A stretch of 64,000 nt of DNA, from the NCBI GenBank assembly GCA_002269645.1, contig NIVC01000581.1, forward strand, positions 434,001-498,000, written 5' to 3'. Positions within the stretch are counted from its first letter, which is position 1; each line of letters begins with the position of its first letter. A program made the translations under genes and the position numbers. The notes below the pieces were generated by a model that had not been told where the DNA came from, ran no database searches, and worked only from the letters and a program-made list of their open reading frames with translations. The stretch is from Macrostomum lignano. Its lineage: Eukaryota. Shown piece after piece: positions 39,101 to 49,576 of this stretch.

Positions 39101-39483
39101 ATCCCACAGCACCCAGTGACATCCCACAGCACCCAGTGACATCCCACAGCATCCAGTGACATCCCACAGCACCCAGTGACATTCCACAGCATCGTGGCAT
39201 CCCGCAACAAGCAGCGACTCACCTTGGCCAGCCGCAAATCAACGGAGCTCGGCAGGCCGGTGGAGGCCAGGGCTCTGGACAGGGCTGAGTCTCCCGCAGG
39301 CTCTACGAAGACTCCGCGCAGCTGCAGCAGGCGGCGCGTGAGCCGCGGCCCGTCCGGCCCGCCAGGCAGTTCGGGAGGCCCGGCGGCAGCGAGCGGCGGC
39401 TCCCGCCAGCGGGCCAGACAGAGCAGGGACAGCAGCTGGAAGCTGCAGCCCAGCAGCAGCATCAGCCAGCCAGCCGAGCGCAT
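36158..39483 (-). CDS. RNF103: E3 ubiquitin ligase RNF103 (KF-1) orthologue, 4 exons, about 642 aa
   Basis: Exons (minus strand) are 39483-39223, 38491-38204, 37790-37339 and 37085-36158, totalling 1929 nt in frame. All introns are GT-AG with matching phases, and the intron 3 donor GTGTCT is weak. The C-terminal RING-H2 is CSVCLDRFRRGHQLVGLLCGHVFHRGCAAGWLVRRSTCPVCR. Upstream blocks match recalled human RNF103: LLQLRGV~ILECRGL, YCTERG~YCRRRG, ALSVEFQDRLRF~ALSIKFTGRVEF, LLTPE~LRTPE, IRADW~VRADW, LFMESLAIPSLW~LFLERLAFPDLW. Confidence 0.88.
37907..38185. repeat. 27-bp minisatellite GGTCCCTGGCTGCACAAACACACTAGG, about 10 copies, RNF103 intron 2
   Basis: Perfect tandem copies lying between the donor at 38203 and the acceptor at 37791. 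Confidence 0.95.
38565..39192. repeat. 20-bp minisatellite CATCCCACAGCATCCAGTGA, about 31 copies, RNF103 intron 1
   Basis: Tandem copies built from two 10-mer halves. They explain the GCCGMSLDAVGCHWMLWDVT repeat ORFs. Confidence 0.95.
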
Positions 39484-39910
39484 CGGGGGTTCGGCTGACC
39501 GACTGTTCAGCTAGCGGGTGCTGCAGCGAGGCCCGAGACAGACGTGCAGCTGAAATCGCGGTTGAGCAAATTGGCTCAGAGCTGCACCAGTTGCACCCAA
39601 TCTTGCCTGGCTTCTAAACTGCTTTGCGCCAAAATCAAAACAAATAAAGAATAAAGAAGATGAGAGGCTTCAGTGAAGTGGCTTGCAAAAGCAGAAAAAA
39701 TTCAGAGTTTTTATGTACAAAATCGAAGCAAATATATTTAGGTTAGCTGGCATCCGCGCGGTAACATGTTCCCAAAAAATGGCGCAGGAAAGCCAGCAAA
39801 AACGATCAAGAGAATACGAGTATCCATTAGTTATTTCACCTGAAGCCGATCGGATGAGCCTCCGAGCCGAGTAATGGGTGGCAACTCACTTTATGCCTTA
39901 CTGAGCTGAG

Positions 39911-41402
39911 GATCAGGGGTGATCAGACGGATTGGGGAGGGTGATCAGAAAGGGAGTGGAGAGGGTCAGGGGTGAACAGACAGGGAGTGGGCAGGGTCAG
40001 GGGTGATCAGACAGGGAGTGGGGAGGGTCAGGGGTGAACAGACAGGGAGTGTGCAGGGTCAGGGGTGATCAGACAGGGAGTGGGGAGGGTCAGGGGTGAT
40101 CAGATAGGGAGTGGGGAGGGTCAGGGGTGATCAGACAGGGAGTGGGGAGGGTCAGGGGTGAACAGACAGGGAGTGGGCAGGGTCAGGGGTGATCAGACAG
40201 GGAGTGGGGAGGGTCAGGGGTGAACAGACAGGGAGTGGGCAGGGTCAGGGGTGATCAGACAGGGAGTGGGGAGGGTCAGGGTGATCAGACAGGGAGTGGG
40301 GAGGGTCAGGGGTGATCAGACAGGGAGTGGGAGGGTCAGGGGTGATCAGACAGGGAGTGGGGGGGTCAGGGGTGATCAGATAGGGAGTGGGGAGGGTCAG
40401 GGTGATCAGACAGGGAGTGGGGAGGGTCAGGGTGATCAGACAGGGAGTGGGGAGGGTCAGGGTGATCAGACAGGGAGTGGGGGGTCAGGGGTGATCAGAC
40501 AGGGAGTGGGGAGGGTCAGGGTGATCAGACAGGGAGTGGGGGGGTCAGGGGTGATCAGACAGGGAGTGGGAGGGTCAGGGGTGATCAGACAGGGAGTGGG
40601 AGGGTCAGGGGTGATCAGACAGGGAGTGGGAGGGTCAGGGGTGATCAGACAGGGAGTGGGGAGGGTCAGGGTGATCAGACAGGGAGTGGGGAGGGTCAGG
40701 GTGATCAGACAGGGAGTGGGGAGGGTCAGGGTGATCAGACAGGGAGTTGGCAGGGTCAGGGTGATCAGACAGGGAGTTGGCAGGGTCAGGGTGATCAGAC
40801 AGGGAGTTGGCAGGGTCAGGGTGATCAGACAGGGAGTTGGCAGGGTCAGGGTGATCAGACAGGGTGGCGAGGGTCAGGGGTGATCAGACAGGGAGTTGGC
40901 AGGGTCAGGGTGATCAGACAGGGAGTTGGCAGGGTCAGGGTGATCAGACAGGGAGTGGGGAGGGTCAGGGTGATCAGACAGGGAGTGGGGAGGGTCAGGG
41001 TGATCAGACAGGGAGTGGGGAGGGTCAGGGTGATCAGACAGGGAGTGGGGAGGGTCAGGGTGATCAGACAGGGAGTGGGGAGGGTCAGGGTGATCAGACA
41101 GGGAGTGGGGAGGGTCAGGGTGATCAGACAGGGAGTGGGGAGGGTCAGGGGTGATCAGAAAGGGAGTTGGCAGGGTCAGGGTGATCAGACAGGGAGTGGG
41201 GAGGGTCAGGGTGATCAGACAGGGAGTGGGGAGGGTCAGGGTGATCAGACAGGGAGTGGGGAGGGTCAGGGGTGATCAGACAGGGAGTGGGGAGGGTCAG
41301 GGGTGATCAGACAGGGAGTGGGGAGGGTCAGGGTGATCAGACAGGGAGTGGGGAGGGTCAGGGTGATCAGACAGGGAGTGGGGAGGGTCAGGGTGATCAG
41401 AC
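39911..41402. repeat. 29-31-bp G-rich minisatellite GTGATCAGACAGGGAGTGGGGAGGGTCAGG, about 49 copies, between RNF103 and MITF
   Basis: Tandem copies read directly. They explain the GDQTGSGEGQ / VIRQGVGRVR ORFs. Confidence 0.95.
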
Positions 41403-41701
41403 ATGAGTGAGGGAACTCGGTTAACAGAAGCAGGGCAGGTTCGGCCGAAAGCAGAGCAGACAGGAGACTCAGCTATGTACAGAGGCAGTTGGCATGCGGG
41501 GCGCATTTTCTGTCAGTTGCTCCTAGAAGACAACAGACAACTCAAAAGGATGGTGAACAGAGCAGAGGTTGAGCACAAAATAGAGAAGGACTGCATCAGT
41601 TTGCTTTGCGAAATCCACAACACAAATGAGGTTAAAACTGAATTCGCATTTAGAAAAGTAAACCGAGAATGAGTAGGCATTGATGGTTTAGACTTAGCCG
41701 G

Positions 41702-41885
41702 CCCAGGGCTAAGTGCGCAGATTGCGAACTGAGGAATCAAGGAATTCCCAGGGCTAAGTGCGCAGATTGCGAACTGAGGAATCAAGGAATTCCCAGGGCG
41801 AAGTGCACAGATTGCGAACTGAGGGATCACGGAATTCCCAGGGCTAAGTGCGCAGATTTCCAACAGCGGAATCACGGATTTTCCC
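41702..41885. repeat. 45-bp tandem repeat, 4 copies
   Basis: CCCAGGGCTAAGTGCGCAGATTGCGAACTGAGGAATCAAGGAATT is repeated. Confidence 0.9.
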
Positions 41886-42357
41886 CAAGGAATTGGCGCC
41901 AGCAAATCAAAAATAAAATTTACAGAATAAAAACTTTAATCCAAACGTGACACCACATACTTTCAATTCCGCTATTTTCGACTGCAAAATATTCTGGCAA
42001 ACTACTAAAAGTAGAAGTCGGATTCTGCGACACTAAAATTTATTGGAAAAAAGCTTTCTTGCAATAAACCAGAGCAAAATCATATATTACATCAAATAGC
42101 GGTTCTGCGTGCAGCAAAGCAAGGAAAACAGGTTGAAAACTGTGACTTCTCTGTACAGAATATCTACAGAATTGAGAGCGGGTTTGGGGCCGCAGCAGGT
42201 CACTCTCTACACGCCATTGCAGATTGCAGAGGCGCGACTGCGAGGCAGGGGACAAAGGAATACTGCGAGTGGACAGTCCTGTCTGGCTCGGGACAGCAGC
42301 ACTCTGGAGCCCCGGCTGTGTTCGGACCGTCTTGTATAGAGTCGGAACTGACAATTC

Positions 42358-42762
42358 AGGACAACAAAATCACCAGATTCAAGACCACAAAATCATCAGA
42401 TTTAAGACCACAAAATCATTAGATTCAAGACCACAAAATCATCAGATTCAAAACCACAAAATCATTAGATTCAAAACCACAAAATCACCAGATTCAAGAC
42501 CACAAAATCATCAGATTCAAGACCACAAAATCACCAGATTCAAGACCACAAAATCATCAGATTCAAGACCACAAAATCACCAGATTCAAGACCACAAAAT
42601 CATCAGATTCAAGACCACAAAATCACCAGATTCAAGACAACAAAATCACCAGATTCAAGACCACAAAATCATCAGATTCAAGACCACAAAATCACCAGAT
42701 TCAAGACCTCAAAATCATCAGATTCAAGACCACAAAATCATCAGATTCAGGACCACAAAATC
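42358..42762. repeat. 23-bp minisatellite CCACAAAATCATCAGATTCAAGA, about 17 copies, downstream of the MITF stop
   Basis: Tandem copies read directly. Confidence 0.93.
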
Positions 42763-42802
42763 GCCAAAAAAGGCAATAACTTTGTTAGGTCAACCGGAGC
42801 GG

Positions 42803-45800
42803 CTAGCTGTGGTCAACAAAGAAGGGGCTGCTAGGGCCGTCGCAGCCGGAAAACATGGGGTCCAGGTCGCTCATTGTAACGCAGGAGGCGTCCCCATCAA
42901 CGTCATCGCTGGCCCCGCCGCCGCTGTCCGGCATCGCCGAGACGGCAGCGGACGACGACATTCTGCCGAAATCCTCGGTCTTGACAACGACAACTGGCGC
43001 AGCGGAGCCGGAGGTGACGGCCGCACTGGCGGAGGACGCGCCGCTGTCAGCCAGGAAGCCCAGCAGCTCCCGGATGATGCCCTCATCGAAGCTGTTGGCC
43101 CGGTACTGCACGCCAGCCTCGCGCATGACCCGCTCCATGTCCTGCGGTCGGCGGGGCAGACAGGCGGGCTTGTTGGAATTATAGTGGTAAAAATGCTGTC
43201 TGCGCTACTCACGGTAGGCAGATACGCTAGGAAAATCTTCGTTTCAAAGAAGGACACAAAGCATTTTTCCCAAGCCTTAAATTGAACCTGTTTGGGTACT
43301 AACTTCCTTCAGACTTCTTAAAATATATGTAAAGTAAGAGGGCCTGACTGACATTGAGAAATTTCTGTGAAAGCGCTTGTCATGTCAAAGGTGGCACCCA
43401 CCTGGATCCTGGCCACCAGCGCCTTGTACAGCTGCTCAAGCTTGCTTTCTCGCAGTGAGCAGGCAGCCAGCCGCTCCTTTAGCTGCGCGTTGGCAGCCTG
43501 CATCTCCTTGATGTAATCCACCGAAGCCTTCAGTATGTTGCCCTTGTTCTTCTTCAGCTCGCTGCGGGCAGGAAGCTTTGTCGTTGAGATCAAACAATAG
43601 GAACCATCATCCTATTCAGAGCAAAATCCCGGTATAACCGTCTGCATTTCAATTTCCATATCTTGCGGGACGCTGAGAACTCCCAAATGGGGATTTTTAG
43701 CTGTTGACAGACACGGAACAAAAAAAATTGGAATCAGATGGAGCCACAGACTTCTCAGTGATTTACTATGGTAGAGGGAGACTCCTCAGTGATTTACTAT
43801 GGTAGAGGGAGACTCCTCAGTGATTTACTATGGTAGAGGGAGACTCCTCAGTGATTTGATAGGGCAGAGGGGACTCCTCAGTGATTTGAGAGGGCAGAGG
43901 GGACTCCTCAGTGATTTGAGAGGGCAGAGGGGACTCCTCAGTGATTTGAGAGGGCAGAGGGGACTCCTCGGTGATTTGAGAGGGCAGAGGGGACTCCTCA
44001 GTGTTTTGAGAGGGCAGAGGAGACTCCTCAGTGATTTGAGAGGGCAGAGGGGACTCCTCAGTGATTTGAGAGGGCAGAGGGGACTCCTCAGTGTTTTGAG
44101 AGGGCAGAGGAGACTCCTCAGTGATTTGATAGGGCAGAGGTGGGAGACTCCTCAGTGTTTTGAGAGGGCAGAGGTGGGAGACTCCTCAGTGATTTGATAG
44201 GGCAGAGGTGGGAGACTCCTCAGTGTTTTGATAGGGCAGAGGTGGGAGACTCCTCAGTGATTTGATAGGGCAGAGGGAGACTCCTCAGTGATTTGATAGG
44301 GCAGAGGTGGGAGACTCCTGAGTGATTTGATAGGGCAGAGGAGGGAGACTCCTCAGTGATTTGCTATGGTAGAGGGAGACTCCTCAGTGATTTACTATGG
44401 TAGAGGGAGACTCCTCTGTGATTTGATAGGGCAGAGGGAGACTCCTCAGTGATTTGATAGGGCAGAGGAGGGAGACTCCTCAGTGTTTTGAGAGGGCAGA
44501 GGAGACTCCTGAGAGATTTGACTGTGTTAGCAAAAGCAGCAGCAGCAAGGAAAGCAATAGTAAGAAAGCCGAGGCGAAGGGGCCGCTGCTCACCTCTCCC
44601 TGAACCAGGCCTTGGGGATGCACTCGCCCAGCTCGCTAATCTGATAATTGATGTTCTCGCGCCTCTTCCGCTCGATTCGATTGTGCGACTCCTTTTTGTA
44701 GCGGTCGCGCAGCGAGACCGTCTTGTCGTCATCCGCCGCCTGGCCGCCGCCAATGCTGAAGCCGACAACCCCGGCAGCGGCAGCGCCGCCGCCAGCTCCG
44801 CCCAGCTGCTGGTTCATCGCCAGGAACAGCTGCGTGCTGGCCGGTGCCGACGTTGAAGGCTTGAAGCCGCCGCTGCCACCGCTGGCGCCGGCCCCGCCGC
44901 CTCCACCCAAACCGAAGCTGCCGGTCGAAGCGCCGTCGTCCGCTGAAGGGGCGCCGAAGCCCGCCAGGTGCCCGCTGTGAGTCTGGAGTGCGGGGACGGG
45001 TGGTGCGTCTGGGGGATGCTGAACTACCAGCACTGAGACTGGGGGGGATGCTGAACTACCAGCACTGAGACTGGGGGGGGGATGCTGAACTACCAGCAAT
45101 GAGACTGGGGGGGGATGCTGAACTACCAGCAATGAGACTGGGGGGGGGATGCTGAACTACCAGCAATGAGACTGGGGGGGATGCTGAACTACCAGCAATG
45201 AGACTGGGGGGGGATGCTGAACTACCAGCACTGAGACTGGGGGGGGATGCTGAACTGTGATTCGCTAGAGTGACTTGCTAGAATGATTCGCTAGAGTGAA
45301 TCGCTAGAGTGACTCACTAGAGTGACTCGCTAGAATGATTCGCTAGAGTGAATCGGTAGAGTGACTCACTAGAGTGACTCGCTAGAATGATTCGCTAGAG
45401 TGAATCGCTAGAGTGACTCACTAGAGTGACTCGCTAGAATGATTCGCTAGAGTGAATCGCTAGAGTGACTCACTAGAGTGACTCGCTAGAGTGACTCACT
45501 AGAGTGAATCGCTAGAGTGACTCACTAGAGTGACTCGCTAGAGTGACTCACTAGAGTGAATCGCTAGAGTGACTCGCTAGAGTGAATCGCTAGAGTGACT
45601 CACTAGAGTGAATCGCTAGAGTGACTCACTAGAGTGACTCGCTAGAGTGACTCACTAGAGTGACTCGCTAGAGTGAATCGCTAGAGTGACTCGCTAGAGT
45701 GACTCACTAGAGTGAATCGCTAGAGTGACTCACTGGAGTGAATCGCTAGAGTGACTCACTGGAGTGAATCGCTAGAGTGACTCACTGGAACAGTGGAAGA

Positions 45801-46106
45801 CAGCTGGCCGAAGGTCGGGTCAATGAAATCGATGTCCACCTCCTCCATGGCGTTCTGTGGATCCGACACCGAGGCTGTGGAATTCGGCGACAGAGGCGAG
45901 GTCTCCTCCTGCGGACTCTGCTTCACAATGGTGAGCACCCCGCCTCGGGACTGCGGTTGCTGCCAGGCCGCCTGGCCGCCATTCTGCAGGCTGGAGGCGG
46001 CGATGGAGACCGGGGCCCGGGTCACAATGAGATTCTGCACTGCAGAGGTGGCTGGCTGGGGCTGCTGCTTGAGCAGCTGCTGGCGCAGGTTTGTCCGGGA
46101 GGTCAT
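42803..46106 (-). CDS. MITF: MiT/TFE-family bHLH-leucine zipper transcription factor (MITF/TFEB/TFE3-like), 4 exons, about 402 aa
   Basis: Exons (minus strand) are 46106-45786, 44982-44594, 43561-43402 and 43141-42803, totalling 1209 nt in frame. Donors are GTGAGT, GTGAGC and GTGGGT, and acceptors are CAG. The N-terminal MTSRTNLRQQLLKQQ matches the MiT N-terminal motif. The bHLH KKESHNRIERKRRENINYQISELGECIP...NKGNILKASVDYIKEMQ and zipper ...ARIQDMERVMREAG match the family. Extra upstream exons cannot be excluded. Confidence 0.9.
43752..44520. repeat. About 30-bp minisatellite CTCCTCAGTGATTTGAGAGGGCAGAGGGGA, about 25 copies, MITF intron 2
   Basis: Tandem copies with two sub-variants. Confidence 0.93.
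45009..45257. repeat. 32-33-bp minisatellite GGGGGGGATGCTGAACTACCAGCA[A/C]TGAGACT, about 7-8 copies, MITF intron 1
   Basis: Tandem copies with a variable G run. Confidence 0.93.
45258..45789. repeat. 13-bp minisatellite [G/A]CTAGAGTGA[C/A]TC, about 40 copies, MITF intron 1, abutting the exon 1 donor
   Basis: Tandem copies. I counted 14 units containing GTGACTCAC. Confidence 0.95.
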
Positions 46107-46343
46107 TCTGGCTGACTGGCTGAGCAGTTTAGGCGCACAACGTTGAGTAGAGCTGGGCGAATTGCCTGTCTGGCTGGGGGAAGCTGACGCTCCAGTGCAA
46201 GCTCAGTGCAAGAAGGCTGTTTATGGAAGCCAGCAGGGCATGAAGAAGTTTGTTAATAGATGAATATTGAGCAAGGCAGCATTCACCTTGAGTACATACT
46301 TATTACACTATTTCATTGTCTCACTAAAATAAGGCTTTAGTTT

Positions 46344-46650
46344 AAATTTCTAGTATATGGACTGGGGCCAATAAAAGCTAAACAGTTGCATTGCAATTGC
46401 TTACTTGTTAGCTCCCATTAAATTTCTAGTATATGGACTGGGGCCAATAAAAGCTAAATAGTTGCACTGCAATTGCTTATTAGTTAGCTCCCATTAAATT
46501 TCTAGTATATGGACTGGGGCCAATAAAAGCTAAACAGTTGCATTGCAATTGCTTACTTGTTAGCTCCCATTAAATTTCTAGTATATGGACTGGGGCCAAT
46601 AAAAGCTAAACAGTTGCATTGCAATTGCTTATTTGTTAGCTCCCATTAAA
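46344..46650. repeat. 76-bp tandem repeat, 4 copies, upstream of MITF
   Basis: AAATTTCTAGTATATGGACTGGGGCCAATAAAAGCT... starts at 46344, 46420, 46496 and 46572. Confidence 0.95.
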
Positions 46651-46787
46651 AATTCAGAGACAGTTTTGAATATGCCTTTATCAAGGCTAGACCAGGGGAT
46701 TGCAGCCCAGTGGTTAGAGTATTAGACTCACAATTGAAAGGTCAGGGGTTCAATTCTTGACCCACTTGGAACAATTTGTATCCTTAA

Positions 46788-49576
46788 CCTCTTCCACACT
46801 GATGCCTTTGGGTCTCACTCACGCAAGTGACGGATGGTACGCATAGCGAACCATAGAATATTTTGTGGCTGCAGAAACTTTGGCAGCACACCCTTAAGTG
46901 CCGGCTAGGTGGGAATTTTTCGCTTTGCCTATCTTTCTTTCTTTACGAGTGGCTTATTCCTTTACGGCGTATATAATCGTTTGATTTCGATCTTCTTTAA
47001 TTCACAGCTCCACCGATTGACCGCCTGGTTTGTGTGTTTCTTTATTACGGTTAATTTTATTTTTCCTGTGTTACTTTTTATACTATTTTGTGTTTGAACA
47101 TTTTAGTATGCTTTCCATTTGTGTATATATCCTGTTTGTAAAGTTATAGGCTTTATTTTGTATCGCTGTTACATTATAAGTTATTTAAATTAGAGCTTTT
47201 TGTACCGAATATGGCCATGCAGTTTATTCGTCAGGCTCTAGTGGGTCTTTGTGGTGGGCCAGCTGAGGTCTTGAGCGATTCTGACAACGGCTCCGAGGAC
47301 AAGATTTTAGAGGAGGAATCTATGGATGAAGATGTGACTGAAGAACAAGGTGATGATGCTGAAATGCAGTGGCGAGGCGTGACTGAGGAGATGGATACAC
47401 GAGAAAGCGCTGATGTGGAATTTTTCGGTGTTGAAGGCCTGAATCATGAAGTTCACGTTCCCGCCGACGTTGAGAATGGAGTCGGAAGTTTTTTTTCAAT
47501 GTTCGTTACTGACGATCTATTGGAAATGTTATGCAAGTTTACTAATGCTAGGGCATGGGCCGAGGTGCATTCATGCGAAGAAGATGGTCTTAGTCAAATG
47601 CCTGCAAGGTTGTCAGCTTGGCACGATTGCACAATTTCCGAGATGAAAAATATGCTAGCCATAATCATGTGCATGGGTGTCATCAAAAAGCCCGACATGC
47701 GTGCATATTGGTCCACTGATGAGTTTTACGGCAGCAGCCTGTTTCAAGGCGAGTTTTGCATCGCTCGAGAGCGCTTCCAACAAATCCTCTCCTTGCGCTT
47801 CTATGATTGCCAGGACAACACGAACGCCGACGATCCACTAAGAAAGGTGTGCCCATTCCTGCAATATGTTTGCCAAATTTGCAAAAGAAACTACTCACCA
47901 GGCAGGGAAGTTGCGGTCGATGAGGAGCTGGTTCTTCATAAGGGCCGGCTCATTTTCAAGCAGTATATTCCTAAGAAGCGGGCTCGCTTTGGAATAAAAA
48001 CCTACTGCCTCGTCGACGCCAAAACATACATACATATGTCTCTGGAACATACTAGTTCATTCAACACCGGATGAAAATGCTCGCTTCGGAGAGGGCCTGG
48101 GCTGCGCTGAACTCAGCATAACTGAAAGAATTGTTGTTGAGCTCATGCAAGATCTTTTCAGCTTAGGCTACCAAGTATTCACTGATAGTTTCTTCACGTC
48201 AATTCGACTTGCCAGTTTTCTTCTTGAGAAAGGCACCACAATCACCGGTTCAGTCCAGGCAAATTGAGGCATCCCAGACTTGCTTAAGACTGCTAATATT
48301 CCAGCTCCCGGCTTTCGCTTCATGCGTAAAGGTGATGTCCTGGCAATAAAGATGACCGACAAGAAGGCAAGTGGCGTCAAGACTTTGCATCTCCTCGATA
48401 CTCATGGTGTTGCCGGCTTGGTTGAGCGACAGACCATCTGCCGCGGAGGGCTAGTGAAGCTGGTTAGGAAGCCTACGAGCGTAGCGAACTACACCAAATT
48501 CATAGGAGGAGTCGATAGACTGGACTTGTGTCTCCAACTGTACCACCCTAACAGGAAGACATACCAATAGCATCAAAAGTTAGCGCTCCATCTGATGTTT
48601 CAACTAGTGCACAATTCCTGGGTTGCCTACTGAATTTCAGGTGGATCCCGGCCTTTTCTGCGATTTTTGGAAACCTGCATCACTTGGCTAATGAGGAGCA
48701 CGGGCACTGGGAAGCTGCGGTGCATGTGGACGACGCCTGCTACACACGCTGGTGACGGACACTTTCCTTCGAAGCTCCCACCTACCCAGGGAAATCCACG
48801 TCCGTCTAAGCGCTGTTGCGCCTGCTACAGAAATGGAGTATCAAAGCGCACAGTGACCGTCTGCAAGGGTTGTGTGAATCAGCCGGGACTGTGCATTGGA
48901 GACTGCTTCAAGCAGTGGCACGCTTAAGTGCAGTCCCTGGTTCGTGTGACTCCTCAGTCAGCGTTTAGAGCTTACACAAGTTTGTGCAACTTATCCTGTG
49001 CAATGTACGAAACTTGAGTATGTATCGTTGTTTATTATTTTTGTTCTAATGTCAGCTGTGGAATAGATATTGTAAAAAGTTGTAAATTTGTATTAGCAAT
49101 GAACGACATCAGACAATTTAGTTATCTAAAAAAATTACAAGTTCTTGTGAGTTCCAGGTAGCTTGTATGGGATTGAAACACAGAAAACAAGTGCTTAAAA
49201 ACTTCAAATATCAGTTTTTTCCTCCATACCTCCTTCAAAAAATCTTTCTTGTGTTTTATACTTTTCTAGACTATACGATTCACATGATATGCCTTTCTTT
49301 GTTCCAGTTTTTATTGCAAGAAGTTATTGAGAAATTGTTCAATAAATTAGTTTATTTTTATAGTACCTAACCATTAAAATATTTAATAAAAAACTTTTGA
49401 AAGCCACAAAGTAATTGCATCTCTAATCATGGCATGCATGGCATACCATTTGTCACTTGTAAGACTGTGTTCTTGCATCTTAAGACTTCTGCAGGTTTAA
49501 AAAAAGTTGTCTATGATAGCAAGCGGGCAAAGCTGTGAGCCATGGTATGCTATGCGTACCATCGGGTTCGATAGGG
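46788..49576 (+). mobile_element. piggyBac DNA transposon (2789 bp), TTAA target duplication
   Basis: TTAA at 46784-46787 and 49577-49580. The 15-bp inverted repeat GATGGTACGCATAGC (46833-46847) pairs with GCTATGCGTACCATC (49549-49563). A transposase remnant lies inside. Confidence 0.9.
47211..48927 (+). pseudogene. Disrupted piggyBac (PGBD-type DDD) transposase
   Basis: Motifs seen are VAVDEELVLHKGRLIFKQYIPKKRARFGIK, FTDSFFTS, YTKFIGGVDRLD and the C-terminal Cys cluster KRCCACY...VCKGC...PGLCIGDCFKQWH. There is one frameshift near 48030-48060 and three in-frame stops (about 48266, 48568, 48631). Confidence 0.9.

Noticed and set aside
38172-39200. Cys/Trp/His-rich repeat protein (GCCGMSLDAVGCHWMLWDVT)n resembling a metal-binding protein
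   Set aside because: It is the 20-bp minisatellite in RNF103 intron 1, bounded by a consensus GTGAGT donor and a phase-matched acceptor.
40251-41506. Gly-rich repeat ORFs
   Set aside because: Translation of the 30-bp minisatellite.
42224-43285. 353-aa plus-strand ORF
   Set aside because: It consists of a 23-bp repeat plus the antisense of MITF exon 4.
45009-45030. Shared CTGGGGGATGCT between the MITF intron repeat and the 18-bp array in E2
   Set aside because: Only 12 nt of low-complexity G-rich match, which is not enough to claim common origin.
46695-46765. Functional tRNA gene
   Set aside because: A and B boxes are present but I could not form a complete cloverleaf, and it continues into a SINE body and tail.
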